Source: Eledone cirrhosa
Taxonomy: Eukaryota
NCBI GenBank assembly: GCA_964016885.1
Contig: OZ024740.1
Span: forward strand, 409,138,001-409,202,000
Length of the DNA: 64,000 nucleotides
Direction of reading: 5' to 3'
The notes beneath the pieces were generated by a model, which was given only the letters and a program-made list of their open reading frames with translations, searched no databases and had not been told where the DNA came from. Shown in pieces: positions 1-12,674 of this stretch. Every line of letters starts with the position of its first letter. Position 1 is the first letter of the stretch. Position numbers and translations under genes: made by a program.

Positions 1-1495
1 CAAAGCCATGTACAAAGAAAGAGTCAGCAAGGTTAGAATTAACAACGAATATAGTGAAGAATTTAGCGTAACAGTTGGTGTTCATCAGGGCTCTGTCCTT
101 AGCCCCCTCCTATTCATTATTGCCATTCAGGCTATAACAGAGGAGTTCAAGACCGGCTGCCCATGGGAACTTCAATATGCAGATGATCTAATGCTCATAG
201 CTGAATCAATGGCTGAACTAGAGAAGAAATTCCAAACATGGAAGCATGGCCTAGAATTAAAAGGCCTTAAAATTAACTTGCTAAGACTAAAGTTCTAGTA
301 TGTAGGAATGAAAATAGGGCACTGGTCCCCCCTGGGAAATGGCTATGCTCAGTGTGTAGGAAAGGAGTAGGCAGAAACTCCATTTTATGTCCCAAATGCA
401 AAGTATGAGTGCATAAAAGATGTAGTGGGATCCCAGGTAAGCTAACCAAGAACATATATTTTATATGTGGCCGGTGCTCAGATGCAAAAAGTAGTAGCAA
501 GTGCCCACAGGATACTAGCTCCTTCCATTGCCCAGATGGTTCTATAGAAATAGTGGACACCTTCCATTACCTGGGTGACAAAATCAGCAGTGGTGGAGGG
601 TGCTCTGAAAGTACAGTAGCCAGAGTCAGAACGGGATGGAAAAAGTTCAGAGAACTATTGGCCGCTAAAGGTTTCTCTCTAAAAATGAAAGGCAGACTGT
701 ATGATGCCTGCATACGAACAGCAATGCTATATGGCAGTTAGACATAGGCATTGTGTGCAGGGGATCTGCGCAGAGTGGAGAGTAACGAAGCTTACATGCT
801 CCGTTGTATGTGTAATAGTAATATACGTGAATGGCAAAGCATAAATGAACTAAGTGAGAAATTAGAATAAGAGGGATCAAATGCTGTTTACTCGAGAGAA
901 GACTACGTTGGTACGGTCACGTGATACGCATGAAAGACGACAGCTGTATAAAAAAGTGCAGGGCGATCAAAATAGATGGAAGCCACGGAGTAGGCAGACC
1001 CAGTAAAACCTGGGACGACTTGATAAATTCCGACCTCACACACTTACACCTCTCCAAGACAATGTCACTGGACCGAGATCTTTGGCGCTACACAGTAATA
1101 CAGACGACCCGCCTTACCTAAGTACAAAGCGAAACCTACAGTCAATAGGCATCTCTTAACCAAAAATACACCCCCCACCCCCATCTACACCACCTCTTTC
1201 TCTGTAAAGTAATGTTGGTACCACAACATCCAATCCTAAATAAATGAGGTCGTGTAGGTGTCACAACAAAAAAACACTCAGTCCACGCTGTAATGTGGCC
1301 GTGTGGGCAACACGGTAAAAACCTCCCAGTCCACACTGTAAACGTGGTTAGTGTTAGGGAGGGCATCCAGACGTAGAAAACCTTCCAGACAGTCCTATAC
1401 GAGCAAGACAACCAATCTTGCCTCACGTGGGACAATTCCTGTCTAAACCCATGCTAGCGTGGAAGATAGACGTCAAACGATGATAATGATGATGA
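1..1495 (+). mobile_element. RTE-clade LINE, degenerate 3' part (RT C-half, PHD, 3'UTR, (GAT)n tail)
   Basis: GVHQGSVLSPLLF and YADD motifs, GRPSKTW C-terminal motif, frameshifts/stops, tail AAACGATGATAATGATGAT; closely similar to the copy at 7537-9213. Confidence 0.92.
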
Positions 1496-1503
1496 TATAT
1501 ATA

Positions 1504-1552
<49 letters not shown>

Positions 1553-1564
1553 CATATGTATATC

Positions 1565-3954
1565 ACTAGTTAGGCAGCGGGACAGGCAGATAGTGTCTAA
1601 TACCAAGGCATACCCTGGGGAAGAATGTACCCCACAGCATAGGCTAGTTGTTAGTGATATCTCAGTAAGCAAGAGATGGAATGAGACATACAGGAAGGTG
1701 TGGAGAAGAAAGGTCTGGAAGCTAAAAGACCTTTCACTAAAATACAAATTTAGGAAAGCTCTTCAAGATGGATATGACGAAAAAGAAGACGATTTAGAGA
1801 CGTATGACATAGATATTAACTGGAATTTCTTACGTGACAACTTGCTGCAGGCTACTGATGAAACTTGTGGCTGGAGCAGAGCTCCAACCAGACAGAGAGT
1901 GACCTGGAACAGCACAGTAGATAAGGCCATTGGAGACAAAAGACTAGCATGGAAGGCTTGGAAAAAGGGTGGGAGTAGGGAAGAATATACAGCCGCTAAG
2001 AGAGAAGCTAGATGTCAGGTGTACTTAACACGCAGGGAAGCGGAGAGTAGGAGGTTTGCCAATGTTCTGCGACGGGAAGATCAGAGGCGTGCGGTGTTCC
2101 ACATTGCAAGGCAGTGTGTCAATGCAAATCAGGATGTTGTTGGAGATAAATGTGTCCGGGATGATGCCGGTGTACTTTGTGTCACGAATGATCAAAAAAA
2201 GGAGGCCTGGAAATGTCATTATGAGAGACTGATGAATGTGGAGAACGATTGGGAGAGAGAGAAATTACCCTTGGTAGATCCGACAGAGGGACCAGCTATT
2301 GAGATTGACGAATATAGGGTCCAAGAGGTGATTAAGGAAATGAAAAATGGTAAGGCTGCTGGACCATCGGGAATAGTTGCTGAGATGCTGAAGGCATCAG
2401 GGGATGTAGGCACTAAACTGGTTGCACGCATCATCAATCAGGCTATATATGGTGGTGTCATACCCAAAGACTGGTGCAGCAGTATTCTCATAAATTGCTA
2501 CAAAGGTAAAGGGGATGCTCTGGAGAGGAGCAATTATAGGGGTATAAAACTGATGGATCAGGTTATGAAAGTGGCAGAAAGGATATTAGCACAACTAATT
2601 AGAGAAAGGGTCAAACTAGATGAGATGCAGTTTGGTTATTGTCCTGGGAAGAGTACAACAGATGCCCTCTTCTTGGTGAGACAATTGCAAGAGAGGTTCT
2701 TAGAGAAAAATAAGCCACTATACTTAGCCTTTGTTGACCTAGAGAAGGCCTTTGATAGGGTACCCCGATCTGTCATCTGGTGGTCCCTAAGGAAGCTAGG
2801 TGTTGAGGAATGGCTTGTGAGGACAGTGCAAACTTTGTACAGAGGTACTCTCAGTAAAGTCAGGGTAGGAATGGAGTTTAGTGAGGAATTCCAGATACAA
2901 GTAGGAGTACATCAAGGTTCGGTCCTCAGCCCACTCTTGTTAATTATAGTCCTCCAAGCCATAACAGAGGAGTTTAAGACTGGCTGTCCATGGGAACTTC
3001 TCTATGTTGACGATCTGGTTCTTATAGCAGAATCAGTAGAGGAGCTAGAGAATAAATTCTGGCTATGGAAACAGCAGTTGCAAGCAAGAGTACTGAGAGT
3101 GAACCTAGCTAAGACAAAAGTGTTGATGAGTAGAAAAGAGGACAAAACTCTGATTCTGTCAGGGAAATGGCCATGTTCGATATGCAGAAAAGGAACTGGC
3201 ATAAATTCTATAAAATGCACACAATGCAGAACCTGGGTACAAGAGATGTAGCGGGATAGCAGGCAAACTAACAGGTAGGGAGAAATATGTATGCAGTAGA
3301 TGTACAGGGAAATTAGACAGTAGAAGTCGCATTGATAGACACATTTTTCAAATGCAGGAGGGCGCTATAGAAGTGGTGGATAGCTTCCGGTACCTAGAAG
3401 ATCAGATTAGCATGGGAGGAGGGTGTTCCGAGGCCATAGTATCTAGAATAAGGATGGGTTGGAAGAAGTTTAGGGAGCTGCTTCCTCTGCTGACGAAGAA
3501 GGGTTTCTCCCTGCATACGAAAGGCCGGTTGTATGATGCCTGTGTGAGACATGGACAACAACTGGAGAGGATATGCGACGGCTGGAGAGAAATGAGGCAA
3601 GCATGCTCTGTTGGATGTGCAGTGTAAATGTGCGTGAACGACTCAGCATGAATGTGTTGAGAGAGAAACTGTGTCTGAGAGGGATAGAATGTAGTGTATG
3701 GGAGAGGAGACTGAGGTGATATGGACATGTGATGCGCATGGAGGATGACCGATGGGTGAAGAAGTGCCAGGAAATGCCAGTTGAAGGAAGACGTGGTAGA
3801 GGTAGACCACGAAAAACATGGGCGGAGGTGGTGAGAACAGACCTCAGATCATTGAAGCTCACGGTGGAGATGACGAAGGACCGTGATGAGTGGAGAGATG
3901 CTGTGCTGAATAAGACCTGTCCCACCCTTGCAAGCAGGGAAAAGCGGACGTAAA

Positions 3955-3992
<38 letters not shown>
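1565..3992 (+). mobile_element. RTE-clade LINE, 5'-truncated (end of AP endonuclease, RT, PHD), frameshifted
   Basis: 580-aa ORF with QHRLVV, KAAGP, NYRGIKL, FVDLEKAFDRV, QGSVLSPLL, YVDD; GRGRPRKTW; stop followed almost immediately by (GAT)n. Confidence 0.95.
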
Positions 3993-4320
3993 CATCATCA
4001 TCATCATTTTACGCCCGCTTTTCCCTGCTTCTAAGGGTGGGACGGGAACTGATTCTGGCTTGATTTCTACAGCTCAATGCCCTTCCTAACACGAACCTCA
4101 TTTACAGTGAGTGCTGGGTGTTTTTTTTCCGTGGCACCTCCACAACCACTTTGCAGTGGAATGATAGGGACCCCAGTCTCTATCATCTCATTTCTACAGC
4201 TGAGTAAGCTGGAGCAATGTGAAATAAAGTGTCTTGCTCAAGGAAACAACACATCACCCGGTCTGAGAATTGAACTCACAACCTTTCGATTGCAAGGCCA
4301 ATGCTCTAACCACTAAGCCA
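3992..4320 (-). mobile_element. tRNA-derived SINE (CORE-like + Meta-like central domains, RTE-derived tail)
   Basis: Minus strand: A box TGGCTTAGTGG, B box GAGTTCAATTC, CCTTGAGCAAGACACTT block, AGGAAGGGCAT block, 3' end matching the RTE end at 3918-3990, (GAT)n tail. Confidence 0.85.
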
Positions 4321-4329
4321 TATACATAT

Positions 4330-4430
<101 letters not shown>

Positions 4431-4437
4431 TATATAT

Positions 4438-6640
4438 TGAGTACGGGCCTATACAAGCCATACCATAAGCCTGGTGAGATCCTGTCCTATATAAACTATG
4501 CTTCTAACCACCTTAAATCTACCCTCAACTCCATAGTATGTAGCATATCCCATAGGATCTTGAGGCTCTCCGCCAATGAAGATATCTTCAACCGGAAAAT
4601 ATCCTACATCCTTAATGCTAGCTCTAGAAACCAACCCCAACGTAGGAATAATGTTATAGTGAGCGATACCTATAGCAGAGCATGCTACAGCCATGACAGC
4701 GTCAAGAACTATAGTATAGAGAACCACACTAAGAAACTTGGCCACACTGTTAATTACATGAGTGGCGACCAAGACCACCGACAGTATGGTAAGTGTTACC
4801 CAATTGGTAGCCCCACCCGCAGCAGCCTATTAGAGTTATTCCCTAACTATTATACCAGCAACTGCGCCAGCCTATTACCAACACCCTCCAACCTGCATCC
4901 AGCCACACATAGAAAGTACAGAGGTAAGGCGCCCCCACCTGAACATAAAGTAATGGGGACGAATAACCGGCTACAGCACAGGAACAACCGTAAGCACTGT
5001 CAACTAGGAAGCACAACCTGTAGCAAACCAACTGTAAAGCGGAAACGGCACTGTAATATCATATGGTTCCACCCCCCTTACTCTCAGAGTGTGGCCGCCG
5101 ACGTACCAAGGATATTCTTCGAAGCCTTGGAGTGGAATTTTCCACCTAATCATAAATACAGAAAAATACTTAACAGGAACAATATCAAAATATCCTTCTC
5201 TACCACCCCCCAATCTAGCTGACATCCTAGGAGCAACTAATCACAGTAAGATTAATAAAACACTACACCTTAGCACATATACATCTAGACACGACAACAA
5301 CACTCATAACCATAACATCCCCCTAACAGCACAAAATAGGGTGGATGGCCGCCCCGGCAGACGAAACCCACGTAACCAGGGCGTGATTGGAGAATATACC
5401 GGCGACCCACACGCGTCACTCACCGGCAGCAGAACGGGCTGCGGCGTGCGGAATAATAATGGTACAACACCGCACGCCTCGAGAGATAACAGTACCAACG
5501 ACGGAGTTAGAGACAGAAATAACAACATAGATAGCAATAGTAATAGCTTTACTTTAGGAACTAGGAGCGACCGTGATGGAAAATGCAACTGTCGTGACAG
5601 GGGAGGCTGCCCTCTCAGGGGAAACTGCCTGACTGATAAGGTTGTTTATAGGTGCACCGTAACTAGCCATAGCGGAGTTAAACACTATATAGGAGCCACC
5701 CCAGGCCAGTTTAAAACGAGATTTAGGACGCATCTCCACTCTTTCAGGAACAAAAAATTAAGGCACTCCACATCGCTTGCCAACTACGTCACCACATTAC
5801 AAGACGCCAACATAAGCTTCTCCACACACTGGGATATTGTCAGTAGGGCTGCACCCTACAACTTCAGGGGGAAATGCCAGCTCTGCCTCATGGAGCTGTA
5901 CTACATCATAAGAACACCCCAAGAGCTCTTAAACAGACCAGCAGAATCAGTTATTAATTGTAAACACCGGGTACAGGCGTCGTATTTTGCCTGGGAGGCG
6001 ACTGTGACATGAAAACTACGAACTGGGTCCTCCTGCCCGAACCATAACACCCCGGTATACACGCAGTACGAACAAACATATGTGAACCTAATGTACACCG
6101 CAGACCATACTCGAACAAACATTAGTGAAGTAACATCCACTAAATAATAAATGAACACTCCAGACCCGACCTGTACTGGAAACAATACACATAATATAAA
6201 GATGCTAAATACCAGCATATGAACAGGCATTAAAATCCAAATGGGACTGATTGCTTGAACACCGGCCAGAGTTACTCCCCCTGCTCTGTGATAATAAAAA
6301 CACATGCACAGAGAAAATGAATGATGATGTTAATTTAACCGTAAATACCCTCCTGGGACCTATAGTGAACATTATTTTGCTTTCCATGCCCTTGATAATC
6401 CCGCTAAGGGCGAAACGTACGTAGGTGCACATTTATATAAACATGTTTTAACGGTTTTAAACTCTTTCTATTCATTTCCTTTATAATCGCTCTGCTTATT
6501 ATTTTTCTCGCCCACTAAATATTGACACCTCTAATATTTAACCCTGTAGGCACGAGTATTGAGCACACATAAACTATTGGCAACTAAATATATGTATCGA
6601 GCGTCTTTCCATTCTCTTCTCTCTCTCGACACCTAATCAT
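4438..6640 (+). mobile_element. Penelope-like element, 5'-truncated (RT thumb, GIY-YIG endonuclease, pLTR/3'UTR)
   Basis: YKPYHKP..YINYASNH, IIWFHPPYS, NRNNIKIS; CNC..CPL.GNCL, VVYRC..HYIGAT..FKTRF..H, CQLCLME; frameshift near 5210; hammerhead-like motif at about 6388-6428. Confidence 0.9.
6388..6428 (+). ncRNA. Variant type I hammerhead ribozyme (U3-A8 core) in Penelope 3' region
   Basis: TTGATAA core, stem II CCC-GCTAA-GGG, GAAA, palindromic stem III CGTACG, GTA triplet; stem I weak. Confidence 0.55.
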
Positions 6641-6674
6641 TCTATCTATCTATCTATATATATATATATATCAA

Positions 6675-7107
<433 letters not shown>

Positions 7108-7178
7108 CATATATCTATATATATATATATATAATACAATATATTAACAAATGGAAACTATATTTGTAAAACCATATT

Positions 7179-7244
7179 TATTTTATTATACATATTTCAA
7201 GGGCCACCAAGGCAAATTATGGTGCGCTTTCATCAGATAAAATA
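7179..7244 (-). ncRNA. Type I hammerhead ribozyme
   Basis: Minus strand: TATTTTAT-CTGATGA-AAG.GCACCA..TGGTG..CTT-GAAA-TATGTA-TA-ATAAAATA; perfect 8-bp stem I and canonical core. Confidence 0.8.
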
Positions 7245-7448
7245 CAATACAGATTTGTTTTATAAATAAATATTGACATACCCTGAAAAAAGATAACCTT
7301 AACGGTTGGAGCTTCCCAACTGACCTGTTTGAGTGCTTTATATCAGTTAGAAAAAATGTTAAGCTTGTTGAATCCCAACTAATTAAATATAACCTCTGCA
7401 TATATATATATATATATATATGAAGGCACTTGGCTGAGTGGTAAGAGA

Positions 7449-7536
<88 letters not shown>

Positions 7537-7542
<6 letters not shown>

Positions 7543-9213
7543 AGTATCTAGCTGAAAGTAAACCCCTATACTTAGCTTTTGTCGACTTGGAGAAAGCCTT
7601 TGACAGAGTCCCCTGTTCCATTATCTGGTGGACTCTTAGAAAACTAGGTGTTGATGAATGGCTTGTGAGAGCTATACAAGCCATGTATAAAGAAACAGTC
7701 AGCAAGGTTAGAATTAACAACGAATATAGTGAGGAGTTTAGCGTAAAAGTTGGTGTTCATCAGGGTTCCGTTCTTAGCCCCCTACTATTTATTATTGCCC
7801 TTCAGGCTATAACAGGAGTTCAAGACCGGCTGCCCATGGGAACTCCTATACGCAGATGATCTAACGCTCATAGCTGAATCAATGGCTGAACTAGAGAAGA
7901 AATTCCAAACATGGAAGCATGGCCTAGAATCAAAAGGCCTAGAATCAAAAGGCCTTAAAATTAACCTGTCTAAGACTAAAGTTCTAGTTTGTAGGAAGGA
8001 AAATAGGGCACCAGTCCCATCCAGGAAATGGCCATGCTCAGTGTGTAGGAAAGGAGTAGGCAGAAACTCCATTTTATGTCCCAAATGCAAAGTATGGGTG
8101 CATAAAAGATGTAGTGGGATCACAGGTAAGCTAACTAAGAATATAGATTTTATATGTGGCCGGTGCTCTGGTGCAATAAGTAGCAGCAAGTGCCCACAGA
8201 ATACTAGCTCATTCCATTGCACAGATGGTTCTATAGAAATAGTGGACACTTTCCGTTACTTGGGTGACAAAATCAGCAGTGGTGGAGGGTGCTCTGAAAG
8301 TACAGTAGCTAGAGTCAGAACTGGATGGAAAAAGTTCAGAGAGCTTATACCACTATTAGCCGCTAAAGGGTTCTCTCTAAAAATGAAAGGCAGGCTGTAT
8401 GATGCCTGCATACGAACAGCAATGTTGCATGGCAGTGAGACCTGGGCATTGTGTGCAGAGGATATATGCAGACTGGAGAGGAACGAAGCTTGCATGCTCC
8501 GCTGGATGTGTAATAGTAATATACGTGAACGGCAAAGCATAAACGAACTAAGGGAAAAATTAGAAATAAGAGGGATCAGATGTTGTTTACTCGAGAGAAG
8601 ACTACGTTGGTACGGTCACGTGATGCGCATGAAAGACGACAGCTGTATAAAAAAGTGCAGGGCAATAAAAATAGACGGTAGCCACGGAGTAGGCAGACCC
8701 AGAAAAACCTGGGACGACTTGATAAATTCCGACCTCACACACTTACACCTCTCCAAGACAATGTCACTGGACCGAGATCTTTGGCGCTACACAGTAATAC
8801 AGAAGACCCGCCTTACCTAAGTACAAAGTGAAACCTACTACAGTCAGTAGGCACCTCTAACAAAAATACACCCCAGTCCCACTACCCCCACCCCATCCAC
8901 ACCACCCCCTTTCAATGTAAAGTTATGTTGGTACCATAACATCCAGTCTGAAACAAATGAGGTCGTGTAGGTATCACAACAAAAAAACACACAGTCCACG
9001 CTGTAATGTGGCGGTGTAATTAAGACGGTAAAAACCTCCCAGTCCCACACTGTAAACGTGGTTGGTGTTAGGAAGGGCATCCAGCCGTAGAAAACCCGCC
9101 AGACAGTCCTATGCGAGCAAGACAACCACTCTTGCCTCAAGTGGGAAAACTCCCGTCCAAACCCATGCAAGCGTGGAAGATGGACGTTAAACGATGATGA
9201 TGATGATGATGAT
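7537..9213 (+). mobile_element. RTE-clade LINE, 5'-truncated, one frameshift near 7815
   Basis: EKAFDRV, QGSVLSPLLF, YADD, PHD, FRYLG, LRWYGHV, GRPRKTW, 3'UTR and (GAT)n tail. Confidence 0.95.
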
Positions 9214-9471
9214 ATATATATATATATATATATATGAAGGCACTTGGCTGAGTGGCAAGAGAATTGGATATATATATATATATGAAGGCACAATCATGAG
9301 GTTGTGAGTTCAATTCCTGAACCCGATGATGTGTTATGTCCTTGAGCAAGACACATTATTTCACGTTGCTCCTTCTACATGGTGTTGCGATAGATAGTAT
9401 TACCAATTGGAAAGATCAATGGAAACAGTTTCCTTGGTCCAATTTGACGAAAGTCAATCGACTGTCAATCA

Positions 9472-9505
<34 letters not shown>

Positions 9506-9542
9506 GTATATAGAGCGGGGCCAATTGAGGTGAAATAATTGT

Positions 9543-10246
9543 GTCATATTGTTGTTATGACATGCGAGTGTGATTTTTGTTGTGGGTGGATCGCATGGGG
9601 CCCAAGCCTTGAGTGTACATTAAAAGTAATGCTAGCATCATTTGGGCAAAGCTGATGGAATATTTTCCACATCATGCAGATAATGTAGCACTCACGGCGC
9701 TGTTGGAGAGAATTAAGTTTGAGCTTTTCTAGTCGACTCCAATAGTCAAGGCCTGTCATGCCAACTATCTTTTTTTGTAATCGATCTTTGGGGTGCTTCA
9801 ACTTTCATGATACTTTGTTTCGTGTGGGGAGACCACAGTGGACAACACTATTCAAGATGGGGTCAGGCAAAAGTGGAGAGGAGAAGGATAATGATGTGGA
9901 TATCTCTCGATTGGAAGGTACTGAGAATCCAGGAACACATTCTGCAGGACATGTCAACTTTGCTGTTTATACAAGTGGCCCAGCTTATGTTGTTGTCCAC
10001 AATTACTCCCAGGTCTCTGATGCTGGTGGATGCCATGAGGGTTTCACCTGAAGAAAGGGAGTATGGGAGTTTCAGGGTATCCTCTTTTCCTCGTTCAGCA
10101 GCATATTGTTCTTTTCCGCCCTTTGAATGACAGCCACTAAGTCTGACTGAAGGCATGTCCGGTCACCCACTTCATTGATGACCTTCGGGAGCCTGGAATC
10201 ATCTGCAAAGCTTCTTATGTTGCTGTGCTTGATGATGTCAGTAATC
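9543..10246 (-). mobile_element. CR1/L2-group LINE, 3' part
   Basis: Minus strand IRSFADD, IRDLGVIVDNNI, LDYWSRLEKLKLNSLQQRRE. Confidence 0.85.
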
Positions 10247-10345
10247 TTATCTATAATTATAATAAAGGAAGGTCTGCGGGATTGCGTCCAGAATATATTT
10301 TTTTACTCCGTTTGTAAAATAAGTTGGATTGTTTTGAATAAATAA

Positions 10346-10530
10346 TTGTTTCGACTTTTGGCACAAGACCAACAATTACCCAGTGCATTACTGGTACTTT
10401 ATTTTATCGACCCCATAAGGATGAAAGGCAAAGTTAACCTCGGTGGGATTTGAACTCAGAATGGAAAGAGCCGTAACTCTATGCATCAAAGCATGGCGTC
10501 CGACCCTCTACTGATACTGCCAATCCACCA
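10346..10530 (-). mobile_element. tRNA-derived SINE with Nin-like domain (family 2)
   Basis: Minus strand TGGCAGTATCAG..GAGTTCAAATCCC, CTTTCATCCTTATGGGGTCGATAAAATAAAGTACCAG; five copies in the window. Confidence 0.8.
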
Positions 10531-10989
10531 ATTAAGCTATAAAATATATTTAATCTACAGCCACGAAATTTAGCACTTAAATTAGGTAATATTCATTCAT
10601 TGTTTTGAATAAATAATGAATAAATATTACATAATTTATGTGCTAAATTTCGTGGCAGTTGATTAAATATATTTTATAGCTTAATCTTTAAAATTCACTT
10701 CTTTAAAATTATCAAATGTCGACATCCGGTTAGCGGCCGTTATATTATAACACTTATAATCGCATATATTTCCGTCGCTAATTTTCTCCTAATGCAGTTT
10801 ATATATAATGTCGTCTTTTTAAAAATATATCATGGATTACTGATTACAGAAAATAGTGTAACATAGGCTTTGTTCAATTTCTGTGTATATTGTCAATTAC
10901 GATTTTATTTGATGTATCATATTTACATGCATATATATTTGTCTATAATATCAATATACACACTACACATAGGGTGGTTTTTCTGCTAG

Positions 10990-12445
10990 TGTCATTAATG
11001 TAGATGATGAAAAGAAGTGGGCCCAACACAGTGCCTTGCGGAATGCCACTACTAATTTTGGCTGGGCTTGATTTTACTCCTTTGACTACATGTTGGTTCT
11101 GTCTGCTAGAAAACACTTGATCCATTGCAGTAACTTTCCAGAGACACCAATGGTGGATAGCTTTTTTCAATAGAATCTTGTAATCAACCCTGTCAAACGC
11201 CTTGCTGAAATCAAGATAGATGACATCTGTGTTGGCTCCCTCTCACAAAGCTCTCAAAATGTCATCAAAGTGATGCAGGAGCTGCATTAGGCAGTCCCTT
11301 CCATTACGGAACCTATGCTGGTTGGAGTTCAGCAGACTGTTGCTTTTAAGAAAGTGGGTTATTCGTGATCTTACCACCCTCTCAAATACCTTGATGATAT
11401 GAGAGGTCAGTGAGATCGGACAGTAGTTCACTGCAAGGGACTTGTTTCCCTTTTTGAAAACTGGGACAACATACTGGGATAGAAAGCTTTCAGGAATATA
11501 GCCAGCATCCAATGAGTTCCTCCACAGATTAGCAAGAGGAGATACAAGTTGGTGTCAACACACCTTCAGGACACTAGCAGGGAACATGTCGGGGCCTACT
11601 GCTAAATTGTGTTTATTTTGTTTATTACTGCTAAAACATCAGGGGCACCAAACGTTATGTCAGATATAGTGTGTTGGGGATTAACATCACTGATACAGAC
11701 CAGATTGGCCATATCAGGATTGCTGAAAACAGAGCAGTATTGTTTCTGCAGTATCTCGCCCATGGTTTTGGCATTATCTTGGAGAGTGCCATTTTCATCA
11801 ATTAGGGGGCCAACAGTGGAGACAGTGACCTTGTGGTTTTTCGCAAATGAAAAGAACACTTTGGGGTTGAGTTGTATTTTCTCAATGGCCCACTTCTCTT
11901 CAGCTGTTCTTTGGTTATTGATGATGGTCTTCATACATTGTTGGAGGTTATATCTATTTGATTCAAGCAGGGCGATAGCCGTCGAATGTGTGTTGCTGTT
12001 GGCAGTATTTTAGTTTGTTAATTTTTTTGTTTGTTCTTTTTATTTTTCTGATAATAGTTTTTCTGTTTTGGGGGATTCTGCATTTAATTTTGTTCATAGG
12101 TCTTGGTGGGGTGTGTTTTGCACAGTGTTTGTGACAGTGTCTACAAAGATCTGCCAAGATGTTTTGATGTTGGTAGAGATGTGTGCATGTGTAAAAGACC
12201 AGTCAACATGTGATAGCTCATTCAAGATTACATCTCAATTGGTATTATAGAGATCCATGTTATCAAATGGGTGTGCTGGAAAGAGGTCACTAGGATTAGC
12301 TTTTGGCTGATGGAATCTCAGGTTACAGAGAACCATGTCATGGTCTGAAAGAAGGGTTTTTTTCCACTGTAATATTATGTATAATGTTAATGTGGTTACT
12401 AAACACTAGGTCCAAAATGTTCTTCTGATATCTTGTTGGCAAGTT
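10990..12445 (-). mobile_element. CR1/L2-group LINE, 5' part (endonuclease end and RT N-half)
   Basis: NILDLVFSN and LSDH endonuclease motifs; PVFKKG..NYCPISLTSH, YLDFSKAFD, SGIPQGTVLGPLLFIIYIND. Confidence 0.88.
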
Positions 12446-12674
12446 CCTGGCATTACTCGAAATCGAATTGCAGCCATCATCATCATATATATTTATATAT
12501 AGCATCTCTGTTTATGAGCACACTACTCGTTATATTACATTTATCTCCTTAGTGCTTTGTAAAAGTCTAAGAGATAAGCAATGTATATATTTTACATTTA
12601 AAAAAAAAATTTATAATTAGATGGAAGACAAAACAAAGATACAGACGACAACAAAGAAGAGGAAGATGAAGAAG

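Noticed and set aside
4240-4320. tRNA gene
   Set aside because: A/B boxes are the SINE head; no complete cloverleaf, and it is continuous with the SINE body in multiple copies
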